In this document: positions 12,160 through 27,100 of the stretch, in pieces
Layout: the number at the start of each line of letters is the position of its first letter
Position numbering within the stretch: the stretch's first letter is position 1
Origin: Mobula hypostoma
Taxonomy: Eukaryota
Direction: 5' to 3'
Length of the DNA stretch: 64,000 bases
Assembly: GCF_963921235.1 (NCBI RefSeq)
Contig: NC_086100.1
Location: 200,572,001 to 200,636,000 of the forward strand
Position numbers and translations under genes: made by a program
The notes under the pieces: generated by a model
What the model was told of the DNA's origin: nothing
The model's input: the letters and a program-made list of their open reading frames with translations, nothing else
Database searches by the model: none

Positions 12160-15100
12160 GTACGGGTGCACTGGTTTGCCTGCTTGCACGATGGGCTGGG
12201 TGGTCAGTACCCTCCACGGGAAATTGGGCAGGTCTAGGCTGAGCTCTGAAGGCCCATGGCCTTTTCTTAAAGACCGTAAGATATAGGAGCAGAAGTAGGC
12301 CATTCGGCGCATGGAGTCTGCTCCACCATTCAATCAGGGGTTGATCCAATTTTTCCAGTCGTCCCCAATCCCCTGCTTTCACCCCATACCCTTTGATGCC
12401 CTGGCTAATCAAGAACCTATCTATCTCTGTGTTAAATACACCCAGTGACTTGGCCTCCACAGCCGCTTGTGGCAACAAATTCCACAGATTTACCATCCTC
12501 TGACTAAAGTAATTTCTCCACATCTCAGTTCTAAAAGGACGTCCTTCAATCCTGAAATTGTGTCTTCTTGTCCCAGGATCCCCTACCGTGGGAAGTAACT
12601 TTGCCATATCTAATCTGTTCAGGCCTTTTAACATACGGTAATCCTTTCATTCCTGGAATTATTCTCGTCAATCTTCTCTGAACCCTCTCCAATGTAAGTA
12701 TATCCTTTCTACAATAAGGAGCTCAAAACTGCACAGAATACTCCAAGTGTGGTCTCACGATGCTTTATACAGCCTCAACATCACATCCCTGCTCTTATCT
12801 TCTATACCTCCAGAAATAAATGCCAACATTGCATTCGCCTTCTTCACAACCGACTCAACCTGGAGGTTAACCTTTAGGGTATCTTGCACAAGGACTTCCG
12901 ACTCCCTTTGTATCTCTGCATTTTGAATTCTCTCCCCATCTAAATAATAGTCTGCCCGTTTATTTCTTCCACCAAGTGCATGACCATACACTTTCCAACA
13001 TTGTATTTCAGGGGTCCTCAACCTTTTTTGCACGGCAAACCGGTTTAATATTGACAATATTCTTGCGGACTGGCTGACTGGGGTTCGGGGCAGGGGGCGG
13101 GTGGTGTTCAAGTAGGGTTAAACTCACCTCAACATGTCTTTTACAGTTAGGGTTGTCAACTTTCTCACTCCCAAATAAGGGACAAAAGTAGCAGTCAAAT
13201 TCTGGGACACTTTACCCCAGGAAAGACTACCATGACCATGAAGCCTTGCACGGGCATCTGTTTGCGCGTGCGTGCCATGCGCATGTGATGTGCGTACGTG
13301 CTGATTTTTTTTCCCACAAATCACTTTTGCCTTCATCTTCCCGACTATTCTGTACATACATTATTTCTACTTTGTATAGGCTGTATATTTATCATATCAT
13401 TCCTGCTTTTACTATATGTTAGTGTTATTTATTTTCGGTTTTATGTGTTATTTGGTATGATTTGTTAGCTTATTTTTTGGGTCTGGGAATGCTCAAAAAC
13501 TTTTCCCATATAAATTAATGGTAATTGCTTCTTTGCTTCACTTCATTTCGGCATGAAAGGTTTCAGAGGAACGCTCTACCTTAGCGGGGGAAATACGGGA
13601 CAAGGGCGGTCCCATATGGGACAGACCAATTTAGCCCAATATACGGGATGTCCCGGCAAATACGGGACAGTTGACAGCCCTATGTTCAAGTTCAACAGTG
13701 CGTGACAGGGAATGAGGAAAGGTGCAGCTGACTCATATCGTTTCCTCACAGCCCGGTAGCACATGCTTTGCGCCGTGGTACCGGTCCAAACACCGACCCC
13801 TGTGGAACTCTACTGGTAACTGGCAGCCAGCCAGAATAGGATCCCTTTATTCCCACTCTCTGTTTTCTGCCAAGCAGCCAATGCTCCACCCATGCTAGTA
13901 ACTTCCCTGTAATTCCATGGGCTCTTATCTTGCTAAGCAGCCTCGTGTGCAGCATCTTGTCAAAGGCCTTTGCATCTCCTTTGTCTAGCCTGCTTGTAAT
14001 TTCCTCAAGGAATTGCAGTAGGTGTAGGTTTGTCAGGCAGGATTTTCCTTATAGGAAACCATGCTGACTTTGGCTTATCTTGTCATGTGCCTCCAGGTAC
14101 TCTGTAATCTCATCCCTAACAATCGATTCCAATAACTTCCCAACCACTGATGCCAGTCTAACAGGTCTATAGTTTTCTTTCTTCTGCTTCCCACCCTTCT
14201 TAAATAGCGGAGTAACTTTTGCAATTTTCCAGTCATCTGGTAAAATGCCAGGATCTATCGATTCTTGAAAGATCATTGTTAATGCCTCCGCAGTCTCTCC
14301 AGCTATTTCCTTCAGAACCCGAGGATGCATTCCATCAGGTCCAGGAGATTTATCCACCCTCAGACCATTAAGCTTCCTGAGCACCTTCTCCGTCTTAATT
14401 TTCACTGCACTAGCTTCACTTCCTTGATACTCTTGAATGTCCGGTATACTGCAGATGTGTTCGACTGTGAAGACTGATGCAAAAAACGCATTCAATTCCT
14501 CTGCCATCTTTGCATCTCTCATTTCAATATCTCCAGCGTCATTTTGTATTGGCCCTATATCTACCCTTGACTCTCTTTTACCCTTTATATACTTAAAAAA
14601 GCTTTTAGTATCTTCTTTGATAATAGTCGCCAGCTTCCTCTGATAATTCATCTTTTCGTTCCGAATTACTTTCTTACTTTCCTTTTGCAAGTTTTTCATT
14701 TTCATTTTAAAATCTTTTTTATTAATTATTATTGAAAATCAACAACAAAAAAAATACATCAAGATAATCAAGATAACATACCCATATGTAGAATAAGAGT
14801 TAAACTATCAACCAAACTGAACAGTTTATCAATAATAAGTCAAATCTAGGATCAAAAGTTTGACTTATAATTTTTTCCAAACTAAGACATAACATCACCT
14901 GAGAGAACCATTGTATCAAAATGGGAGCAGAGGCATCTTTCCATTTTAATAAAATAGTCCTTCCAGCCAATAATGTGACAAATGCAATTACATGTTGGTC
15001 TGATATAGAAATACCGTGAATATATTGAGGAATTATACCAAACAAAACTGTCAATTTATTAGGTTGTAAATTGATTTTTAAAGCTTTAGAAATTGTAGAA

Positions 15101-18100
15101 AAAATAGATTTCCAAAACTGTTTCAATACAGAACACAACCAAAACATATGTGCGAATGTAGCTATCTCAGTTTTACATCTATCACACTGACTATTTACAT
15201 TAGGAAGTATTTTAGACAATCTCTCCTTTGTCAAATAATAACGATGTACAATTTTAAATTGAATTAGAGAATGACTGGCACAAATCGAAGAAGAGTTGAT
15301 CAACTTCAAAATTCGCAACCAATCCTCTGTTATCAAGGTCATGTTAAGCTCTTTTTCCCAATCTTGCTTAATCTTAAGTAAAGGATAGTTATCCTGTTGT
15401 AATAATAAATTATAAATTTTCCCAATGAAACCTTTCACTAAAGGGTTCATTTTTAAAATAACGTCTAACAGGTCAGAGTCTTGTATATATGGAAAATTAC
15501 TTAAATATTCTTGTAAGAAATGTCTGACCTGAAGATATTGCAAAAAATGTGAATATGAGAGAGAAGATTTAGTTACTAATTTCTCAAAGGACATCAATCG
15601 GCCTTCTTGAAACAAGTCCATAAAGGAAAAAATTCCTTTATTCCTCCAAAGAGAAAAGGTAGGATCACTAAGTGAAGGTTTAAATAAATAGTTTCAATAA
15701 ATTAAACTAAAAAGGTTAAATTTTTTAAGATTAAAAAACTTACGAAACTGGTACCAGATTCGTAATGACTGCTTAATCATAGGATTTATATTTAGAATAG
15801 AAATTTTGGCTAATTGTACAGGTAAAGGAGCTCCTAATAACTAAGTTAAACAAAATTGTTTCACAATTTTCAATTCCAGATCAACCCATGGTGATCATTC
15901 CTTTTTATAGGTCCAATATAACCAAGAACACGCATAACGTATATTAACCGCCCAATAATACATTCTTAAATTAGGCCAAGTAAGACCTCCATCCTTTTTT
16001 AATTTTGTAAAGGACATTTTCCAATTCTTGGTCTTTTATTATTCCAAGCGAAAGATGAAATAATAGAGTCAACCTGATCAAAAAACTTCTTGGAAAAATA
16101 GGAATATTTTGAAATACGTATAAAAATTTTGGTAAAATCATCATTTTAACTGCATGGAATTCGACCGGCTAACGAAAGTGTAAGTGGATTCCATCTGGGA
16201 AAAAATTGCTTCATAAAATCCACTAAGGGAACTAAATTAGCTCTATAAAGGTCTCCATAATTTTTAGTGATAATAATACCTAAATATTTAAAAGAATCTG
16301 TAACTTTAAAAGGAATGTCATCATATATAGAGAGCAGAATCATTTAAAGGAAATAATTCACTTTTATGCAGGTTTAATTTATATCCTGAAATCAATCCAA
16401 ATTCATTTAATAATTTCAATAAACTAGGAATAGATTCTTCAGGATTCGAAAAATAAACCAAAAGATCATCCGCATAAAGAGAAATCTTACGAATAGTTCC
16501 ATTTATAGAAATTCCTTGAATATCTTTAGCTTCACGAAGTGCAATAGCCAAAGGTTCCAACATCAAATTAAATAACAAAGGGCTTAACGGACATCCTTGT
16601 CTCGTACCCCGTGAAAGTCGGAAAAAGGGGGAGCTACTGTTATTAGTAATAACAGTGGCAATAGGGCTTTTATATATCAATCTAATCCATTTATTAAAAT
16701 TAGTACCAAAGCTAAATTTCTCTAAAACTTTAAATAGATATTTCCATTCAACTCTATCAAATGACTTTTCAGCATCTAGAGAAACAACACATTGGGGAGT
16801 CTTAGAGAGGGATGAGTATATAATATTTAACAGTCTCCGAGTGTTAGAAAAAGAATAATGGCCTTTTAGAAAACCTGTTTGATCCTGAGAAATAATTTTA
16901 GCTAGTATATTCTCCATCCGATTATCCATTATTTTTGAAAGAATTTTAGCATCCACATTTAATAATGAAATAATGAAATATGAAGCACAATCAGTAGGGT
17001 CTTTATCTTTCTTAAGAATTAAAGAAATAGAAGCTTCATAAAATGTGGAAGGTAACTCTCCTAGCAGAAAAGAATCTTTAAACATTTCCAACATATAAGG
17101 AGTACGCAAATCTTCAAATTTTTTATAAAATCCTACAGAAAAACCATCCAATCCAGGAGCTTCATCAGATTGCATTGAAAGAATAGCTTTCTGAATTTCT
17201 CTTTCAGTAAAAGGAGCATCAAGAATTTGCTGATCTTCAACAGATATTCTAGGAAAATCAATCTTTTGTAGAAAGGCATACATATTAGAAGGGTCAGCTG
17301 GAAACTGAGATTTATAGAGTTCACTGTAATAGTCTTGAAAAATTTTATTAATATCTTCATAAGTACAAGCTAAACTACCATCTCCCTTACGAATTTTTAA
17401 AATTTGTCTTTTAGCTCTAACTGCTTTAAATTGAGATGCTAATAACTTGTTACTTTTATCTCCAAACACATAAAATTGACTTTTTAATTTAAGCAAATTT
17501 CTTTCGATAGGATAAGTTAATAGTAAATTGTGATTGAAGTTCAACCCTTTGTTTAAATAAATCAACATTAGGAGAAACTGCGTAAGTGTTATCCAGATCT
17601 TTAATTTGGTTTGAAATTCTATCGAACTCTATTTTTGTCTGTTTCTTGAGCTTAGCCAAATAGGATATTATCTGACCTCGCAAATATGCTTTAAATGTAT
17701 CCCATATAATCAATTTCGAGACATCTCCCGTATTATTAAAAAGAAAGAAATCTTTTATCTGAATCTCTATAAATTTGACAAAGTCCGAACTTTGTAATAA
17801 ATTTTCTGGAAAGTGCCAAGGCAAATTTACATTACTAACATCATTTAACTCAAAAGTTAAGCTTAAAGGTGCATGATCCGAGACAGCAATAGCATCATAT
17901 TCACATTTCTGGACTTTGGACAAAAATCGGAAATCAGCTATAAAATAATCAATTCTTGAATATTTATTATGAATATGTGAATAAAAAGAATAATCTCTAT
18001 CATTAGGATGTAAATTTATCCAGATTTCTATCAAACCATAATCAATTAAAAAGGAATTAATAAGTGTTGCCAAACGACTCAGAAGCTGCTGATTGGTTGA

Positions 18101-21100
18101 ACTCTTGTCAATCAAAGGGTTTAAACAACAGTTGAAGTCACCTCCCATCAGCAGCATATATTCATTTAATCTGGTAATAAACCAAATACATTTTTAAAAA
18201 AGAAGGATCATCTACATTAGGTCTGTATAGATTAACCAGGACAATTTTTCTATTACAAATTGTTCCTTTAATAATTAAAAATCTGCCATTATTATCTGAG
18301 ACGATGTCTTCTTGAATAAATAAAATATTAGATTTAACAAAAACAGATACTCCCTTTGTTTTATTTTGACAAGTAGCATGGTATTGAAGGCCCTTCCACT
18401 TTTTAAAAAATCAATTTTGATTGCCCGTTCTGATATGCATTTCTTGAGCAAAAATTACATCGGGATGGAATTGATTAATAATTTTAAAAGTCTTCCTTCG
18501 TTTAATAGGGTGATTCCAGCCACGTACATTCCAACTAATAACGTTTATCTGTTTAAGTACCATTGGATATTACTCTTAAACACAACAATACACGCATACC
18601 ATCGTGGGCTAATCAAAGATGGTGGTGATGAGTATAACCAAATAGAAAATGAGTATGCTCCGGAACTCCATAATGGGAAAAAATACAGGAAATGTGTAAA
18701 TAAAAAATAAAATCCCACAATAAACCCCAATTTAATGCAAAAATACCCCCAAACCTCCCACCATCCCCAAATATAGAAATCCGGCAAAGGAGAAAAAAGG
18801 CCGGAACGCATCCCCAAGAAGAAAAGCAAAAGGACGGAACTCCACGTGCTGCTCAATTTAAATAATGATTTAAAGGTTTTTACTCTCAATTCCCCCCTCC
18901 TCCTTACAAAGAAAATACATAACCTTAAGAAAGCCCAGCAAAGGAAAAAAAAAGTTTATACTTAATCATTGAAAATAAACTAGAGAATGCAAAAACAGTC
19001 TCCAAAGACGTCAAAGCAATGCTATTAACCCAAACAGTATAATCTCTAAAAAGAGCCATTATTCTTTAACTTACTACCTTATTTAACAAAAGAACTAAAG
19101 CTAATTATCTATTACTAAACACTCCATAATATAAGAAAAAAGTCTATACAGTATAAACTGTAAGCAAACTATCAGTTAATTAATAAAGGAAGATAGAAAC
19201 AGATAACCAAACCAGTTAACAATCTATCCGCTGTATTAATTCACTCCGTATACTAAACAGACTTCAAAAAAAGTCATTTTTTAGTTAAACCAAGAAGTTC
19301 ACCTCTTCTTTAAGTAATCCATCGATCAAAGGATATCTTCAGCATACAGAAATCTTCAAAGCCTGTTTTCTTTCAGAAAATTATTCAGCAACTCTAATAT
19401 CCTTCATACATCAGCCGATTCCACAATAGAGTTGACAAAATCCAATGCCGCTTGGGGATCCAAGAAGACACGAGGTGTAGAATCTTTAGGAAATAATTTT
19501 AATCTCACTGGGTATCTGAGAAATGGAAAAAGTCATTTTTCATGGGCTACCTTCATGACAGATATGAATTTGATCCGTTGTTCCATAACTTCCCGTAGAT
19601 AATCTTTGTAAAAACGGATCTCGGAACCGTCAAATTTAAAAACTTTCTGTTTTCTTGCATATTTTATGATTTGGTCTTTAATTTTAAAGTGAAGAAAGTT
19701 GACTAAAATTGGTCGAGCTTTATCTGATGAAGTGAAAATTCTGTGAGCTCTTTCAATATCGGGAGGCTGAGATAGAATATCCGGAAACAGAGTTTGAAAC
19801 AAATTGGCAAAATAATCCAATAAATTCCCATTCTCAGCACCTTCTTGAAGACCCACAATTCGAATGTTATTTCTATGCAATTTTGCCTCTAAATCGACAA
19901 TTTTGCATTGAGCCTGTTCCAAGCGGTTTGTAATATCCACAATCTGATGTTTCGATTCTTTAAACTCAGTATTCAAGGAAACAATATTTTCCGCAATAGT
20001 CTGTAAACTCTGTCGGAATGACTTCAACTCAGAAGTGTTATTGTCCATTTTGTTGTCGAGTCCCATCAATGCATGTTCCAAACGCTCAGCCCAGACAGGC
20101 ATATCTTCTGATTTTTCTTTCGAAGTTTTTCCCTTTCTATTGCTGGGTTCAAAAAGCTGTTTTCCACTTCTTAAAAGATACAACATAATGACCACTATTT
20201 CCCTCCAAGATCCAAAAAATAGAAGTTAAACAATTCAAAGTTTAGACTGGGGAAAAGGAGGAATTAAAGGCAGCCACAAAATTTATGTATTACTCCATTG
20301 AGCTGCAGGTGGAAATCCCTGCAAGTTTTTAAAAACTCCCCAATTCTCTATCTTCCCACTAGCTCTGGCTTCTTTGTATTCCCTCAACCTTGGCCAGTTC
20401 CCCTCTCATGCCATTGTAATTTCTTTTATTCCACTGAAATACCGACACATTGGATTTTATTTTTTCCCTCTCAAATTTCAATGTGAACTCGATCATATTG
20501 TGATCACTGTTCCCTAAGGGCTTCTTAATCTTAAGCTCTCTTATCACCTCCGGATCATTGCACAACACCCAATCTAGCACAGCTGATACCCTTGTGGGTT
20601 CAACAACAAGCTGATTTAAACAGCCATTCCTTAGACATTCTGCAAGTTCTCTCTCTCGAGGTCCAGTACTGGCCTGGTTTTCCCAATCCACTTTCATGTT
20701 AAAATCCCCAATGATTATCGTGACATTGCCTTTCTGACACACCTTTTCGAGTTGGAATCAGAACTGGGTTTATTATCACTGATATATGTCGTGAAATTGT
20801 TTAGCGGCATCAGTTCAATATATGAAATATATTTCTTATTATAAATTATATTATATTTTGTATATTGCACTGCTGTGTTAATTGTTAATTATTAATATAT
20901 ATTTTTTATTATAATTTATAATTAAGTAAATACAGTAAAAAGAGATCAAAATAGTAAGGTAGTATTCATTGACTGGTTCATTGTCAATTTAGAAATCTGA
21001 TGATGGAGGGGAAGAAGCTGTTCCTAAAATGTTGAGTGTGGGTCTTCAGGGTCCTGTACCTCCTCCCTGATGGTAGTAATGAGAAGAGCGCATGTCCTAG

Positions 21101-24100
21101 ATGGTGCAGGACCTTAATGATGGGGCATTGCCTTTTGAAGGTGTCCTGAATGGTCAAGGCTAGTGACCTTGATTCAGCAGGCTGAGTTTGCAACCCTCTG
21201 TAGCATTTTCTAATCCTGTGCAGTGGCCCCTCCATACCAGACGGTGATGCAACCAGTTAAAATGCTCTTCACAGTACATCTGTCGATGTTTGCTAGAGTC
21301 TTTGGTAACATACCAAATCTCCTCAAACTCCAAATGAAATATAGCTGTTGTCATGCCTTCTTTGTAATTTCATCAATGTGTTGAGTCCAGGATACAGTAG
21401 ATCCTCAGAGATGTTAAGACCTAGGAACTTGAAACTGCTCGCCTTTCCACTCCTGACACCTCAACGAGGAGTGATGTTGTTCCCTTGACTGAAGTTCCCC
21501 ATCAGTTCCTTGGTCTTACTTGATTTTGAGTGTAAGGTTGTTGTGACACCACTCAACTAGCAGATCTACCTCATTCCTGTAAATCTCCTGAGGCTGATCC
21601 AATCATGGCCTCAAAACCAATATCTCCCTCTTTGCCCAATCTTCTTTACTCCCTTGTACTTCAAATATTTGTTAGTCTCCATCTTCATTATATTCAGTGC
21701 CTTACCTCCAAAGTTCTCTGGGGTAGAGAAGACCAGAGATTTACAGTCCATTGAGAGAAGGAATTCCTCGTTGTCTCCATCTAAATAGGCAACTCCTTGT
21801 CCTGAAATGAGATAAAGCCATCAGCTTTAATTGTCACATGTGCATCAAAATGTTGCTTGTATCAAATCAAATTAGTGGGGATTGTGCTGGAGGCAGCTCA
21901 CAAGTGTCACCACACTTCCGGCACCGACATGCTCACAACTCACTGTCCCTAACCTGTACATCTTCGGAATGTGGGAGCACCTGGAGGAAACCCACACGAG
22001 AATGTCCAAACCCCTTACAGACAGTGGCAGATCCCAAGTGGTGATTGTGGGTGCTGTAAAGCCTTGTGCTAACAGCTACACTACCTGAGTCACCCTTTAC
22101 TGTACTGTGGCATTGATCTAGATCCACCAAGAAGAAGAAACCTCCTCTGCATCTGCCCCATGCAGTCATAGAGTCATGGAGAAGTACCGCACAGAAACAG
22201 GGCCTTCAGCCCACCTGGTTTATGCTGAAACCATTTAACCTGCCTTACTGTGTAAGACCTACCCTTGTTGGTCCTACCAAAGTCCATATCCTTACTATCC
22301 ATGTACTTATCCAAAACTTCTCTTAAACGTTGAAGTTGAGCTCTCATGCACCACTTGTGCTGGCAGCTCATTCCACACTCTCACATCCCTCTGAGTGAAA
22401 AAGATTCCCCTCGTTCGCCTTAAACTTCTCACCATTCACCCTGAGCCCATGACCCACCCAACCTCAATGGATAAAGCCTGCTTGCATTTACTCATATCCC
22501 TCATAATTTTATATACCTCTATGCAGTCTGAACTTATTCAATCCTCCCTATGACTCGGGTCCTCCAGACCTGTCAATATCTGTGTAAATTTCCTCTGCAC
22601 TCTTTCAACCTTTTTCAACCTTACTTCTTTCCTGTAGGTAGATGACCAAAACTACACACAGTACTTCAAATTAGACCTCACCAATGTCTTATACAAGTTC
22701 AACATAACATTGCATCTTCTGTACTGAATGCGTTGATTTATGAAGGCCAATGTGCCAGAAGCTTTCTTTATGACCTTATCTACTTGTGATGTCACTTTCA
22801 ATGAATTATGGACCTGTATTCTCAGATCCCTTTGTTCTACTACACTCCTCAGTGCCCTGCCGTTCACTGTGTAAGTCCTTCCATGGCTGGTCCTATCGAA
22901 GTGGAAAACTTGGCATTCATATGCATTATATCATTTCTGCCATTTTTCAGCCCATTTTTCCAGCTGATCCAGATCCTTCTGCAAGCCATGATAGCCTTCC
23001 TCACTGTCCACTACACCCCCAATCTTGGTGCCATCTGCAAATTTGCTGATCCAGTTAACCACATTATTATCCAGATCATTGATATAGATGACAAACAACA
23101 ATGGACCCAGCACTGATTCCTGCACAACTAGTCACAGCCTCCCATCAGAGAGACAACCATCTATTATCGCTCTCTGGCTTCTCCCACAAAATCAATGGCT
23201 AATCCAATTTACTACCTCATCTTGAATGCTGAGCACTGAACCTTCCTGATCAGCCTCCCATGAGGGACCTTGTCAAAGTCCGTGTAGACAACATCCACTG
23301 CCTTGCATTTGTCAACTTTCCTGGTAACTTCTGTGCCATTTACCTGTCTCTAAAATTATTCTGTCAGAATATAAAAGTTGAGATACATGTTGTTGCTAAA
23401 TATTTTCTCCCTGATTTTCCTCAGGCATCGTGGTGTGTGTTACCTTCTCGAATTCTCCTGGTGTTGGCATCACAGAAAGGCATTCAGGTGAGGTGGGCAA
23501 GGTGAAACGAGATAATTGGTGAACATTTTCTTGTTGCTTTTTCAGAGGCACTACAGTCGGATGATATCCACACATGAGCTTATACAACTGGTGTTCCTTC
23601 ACTGTCAAAGTGTCCCAGAAGCATCACTGCAGCTTTTTTCGACACCACATCATTCACAACAGCATCATTTAGGTCTAATGTGTATGTGTGAATGAAGTGA
23701 GGTGTGATCTGCCGAAGGATTGATGTGCAGGGATATGTCAGTGGGACAGATATACACAGGAGAGTAGTTGAGGAGGGGCTGAGAAAGACCGTAAGATATA
23801 GGATCAGAACTAGGCCATTCAGCCCACCGACTCTGTTCCGCCACCTCATCATGGCTGAACCAGTTTTCCTCTCAGCCCCGATCTCCTGCCTTCTCCCCTT
23901 ATCCCTTCATGCCCTGACCTCTGCCTTAAATATACATAAAGACTTGATCTCTACTGCAGCCTGTGGCAAAGAATTCTACAGATTCACTACTTTCTAGCTA
24001 AAGAAATTCCTCCTCATCACCATGCTAAAAGAATAACCATCTATTCTGTGACTGTGTCCTCTTGTCTGAAAATGTCCCACCAAAGGAAACATCCTCTCCA

Positions 24101-27100
24101 CATCCACTCCATCAGGACATGTGATACAAAGGTGGGGACGGAATGTGGTGAGCAGGTACCCGGCCTCTATCTATGCATGTTTAATTGTCAATAACGTAGA
24201 ATATAGAATGTAGACCACTACAGCAGAGGAACAGGCCCTTTCACCCACAATCTTGTGTGCAACCAATTACATTCGTAATCAGATCACCTACTAAACTGCT
24301 GGCAAAGGGGAAGAAAGCAATTTGCCATTAGAACATCTGGGACACTTTGCCTGCACAATAGACAATAGGTGCGAGAGTAGGCCATTCGGCCCTTCAAGCC
24401 AGCACCGCCATTCACTGTGATCATGGCTGATCATCCACAATCAGTACCCTGTTCCTGCCTGCTCCCTTGACTCCGCTATCTTTAAGAGCTCTGTCTAACT
24501 CTTTCTTGAAAGAATCCAGAGAATTGGCCTCCACTGCCTTCTGAGGCAGAGCATTCCACAGATCCACAACCCTCTGTGTGAAAAAGTTTTTCCTTAACTC
24601 CATTCTAAATGGTCTACCCCTTATTCTTAAACTGTGGCCTCTGGTTCTGGACTCCCCCAACATTGGGGCCATGTTTCCTGCCTCTAGCGTGTCCAATCCC
24701 TTCATAATCTTCTATGTTTCAATCAGATCCCCTCTCATCCTTCTGAATTCCAGTGTATACAAGCCCAGTCGCTCCAGTCTTTAAACATATGACATTCCCG
24801 CCATCCCTGGAATTAACCCAGTGAACCTACGCTGCACTCCCTCCATAGCAAGAATGTCCTTCCTCAAATTTGGAGGCCAAAACTGCACACAATACTCCAG
24901 GTGGGGTCTCACCAGGGACTTGTACAACTACAGAAGGACCTCTTTGCTCCGATACTCAACTCCCCTTGTTATGAAGGCCAACGTGCCATTAGCTTTCTTC
25001 ACTGCCTGCTGTACCTGTATGCTTACTTTCAGTGACTGATGAACAAGGATACCCAGATCTCGTTGTACTTACTCTTTTCCTAACTTGACACCATTCAGAT
25101 AGTAATCTGCCTTCCTGTTCTTGCCACCAAAGTGGATAACCTCACATTTATCCACATTAAACTGCATCTGCCCACTCACCCAACCCGTCCAAGTCACCCT
25201 GCATTCTCATAACATCCTCCTCACATTTCACACTGTCACCCAGCTTTGTGTCATCTGCAATTTGCTAATGTTACTTTTAATCCCTTCATCTAAATCATTC
25301 ATGTATATTGTAAATAGCTGCGGTCCCAGCACCGAGCCTTGCGGTACCCCACTAGTCACCGCCTGCCATTCTGAGAAGGACCCGTTAATCCCTACTCTTT
25401 GTTTCCTGTCTGCCAACCAATTTACGATCCATGTCAGTACCCTACCCCCAATACCATGTGCTCTGATTTTGCCCACTAACCTCCTATGTGGGACCTTATC
25501 AAAGGCTTTCTGAAAGTCCAGGTACACTACATCCACTGGCTTTCCCATGTCCATTTCCATAGTTACATCCTCAAAAAATTCCAGAAGATTAATCAAGCAT
25601 GATTTCCTCTTCGTAAGTCCATGCTGACTGGGACCTATCCTGCTACTGCTATCCAAATGTGCCGCTATTTCATCTTTTATAATTGACTCCAGCATCTTCT
25701 CCACCACTGATGTCAGACTAACCGGTCTATAATTCCCTGTTTTCTCTCTTCCTCCCTTCTTGAAGAGAGGGACAACATTAGCCACCCTCCAATCCACAGG
25801 AACTGATCCTGAATCTATAGAACGTTGGAAAATGATTACCAATGCGTCCACGATTTCTAGAGCCACCTCCTTAAGTACCCTGGGGTGCAGACCATCAGGC
25901 CCTGGGGATTTATCAGCCTTCAGTCCCATCAGTCTATCCAACACCATTTTCTGTCTAATGTGAATCTCCTTCAATTCCTCCATTACCCTAGGTCTTCCGG
26001 CCATTGGGAGATTATTTGTGTCTTCCCTAGTAAAGACAGATCCAAAGTACCCGTTCAAGTCATCTGCCATTTCCTTGTTCCCCATAATAAATTCACCCTT
26101 TTCTGTCTTCAAGGGCTCAACTTTGGTCTTAACTAATTTTTTCCTCTTCACATACCTAAAGAAGCTTTTACTATCCTCCTTTATATTCTTGGCTAGCTTA
26201 CCTTCGTACCTCATCTTTCCCCCCCGTATTGCCTTTTTAGTTATCTTCTGTTGCTCCTTAAAAGTCTCCCAATCCTCTGGCTTCCCGCTCATCCTTGCTA
26301 TGTTATACTTCCCCTCTTTTATTTTTATACTGTCCTTGACTTCCCTTGTCATCCACGGTCACCCCTTACTCCCCTTAGAATCTTTCTTCCTCTTTGTAAT
26401 GAACTGATCCTGCACCTTCTGTATTATTCCCAGAAATACCTGCCATTGTTGTTCCACTGTCATCCCTGCTAGGGTATCTTTCCAGTCAACTTTGGCCAGC
26501 TCCTCCCTCATGGATCCATAGTCCCCTTTGTTCAACTGTAATACTAACGCTTCCGATTTTCCCTTCTCCCTCTGAAATTGTAGATTAAAACTTATCATAT
26601 CATGGTCACTACCTCCTAATGGCTCCTTTACTTCGAGTTCCCTTATCAAATCTGGCTCATTACACAACAGTAAATCCAGAATTGCCTTCTCCCTGGTAGG
26701 CTCTAATACAAGCTGCTCTCAGAATCCATCTCTTGAGGCATTCCACAAACTCCCTTTCTTGGGGTCCAGTACCAACCTGATTTTCCCAGTCTATCTGCAT
26801 GTTGAAATCACCCATAAGAACCGTACTATTAGCTTTGCGACATGCCAATTTTAACTCTTGATTTAACTTGCACCTTATATCCAGGCTACCGTTTGGGGGC
26901 CTGTAGATAACTCCCATTAGGGTTTTTTTGCCCTTACAATTTCTCAGTTCTATCCATACTGACTCTACATCTCCTGATTCTATGTCACCCCTTGCAAGTG
27001 ACTAAAATTTCATTCCTCACCAACAGAGCTACTCCACCCTCTCTGCCAACCTGTCTGTCCTTTCGATAGGATGTATATTCCTGAATTCATTTCCCAGCCC

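Larger units (their letters stand above)
14697..20319 (-). mobile_element. Near full-length LINE-1 (L1), about 5.6 kb, inactivated
   Basis: ORF1 plus APE-RT-CCHC ORF2 fragments; 11-bp TSD TGCAAGTTTTT at 14686-14696 and 20320-20330, at a TTTTT/AAAA L1 endonuclease site. Confidence 0.92.
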
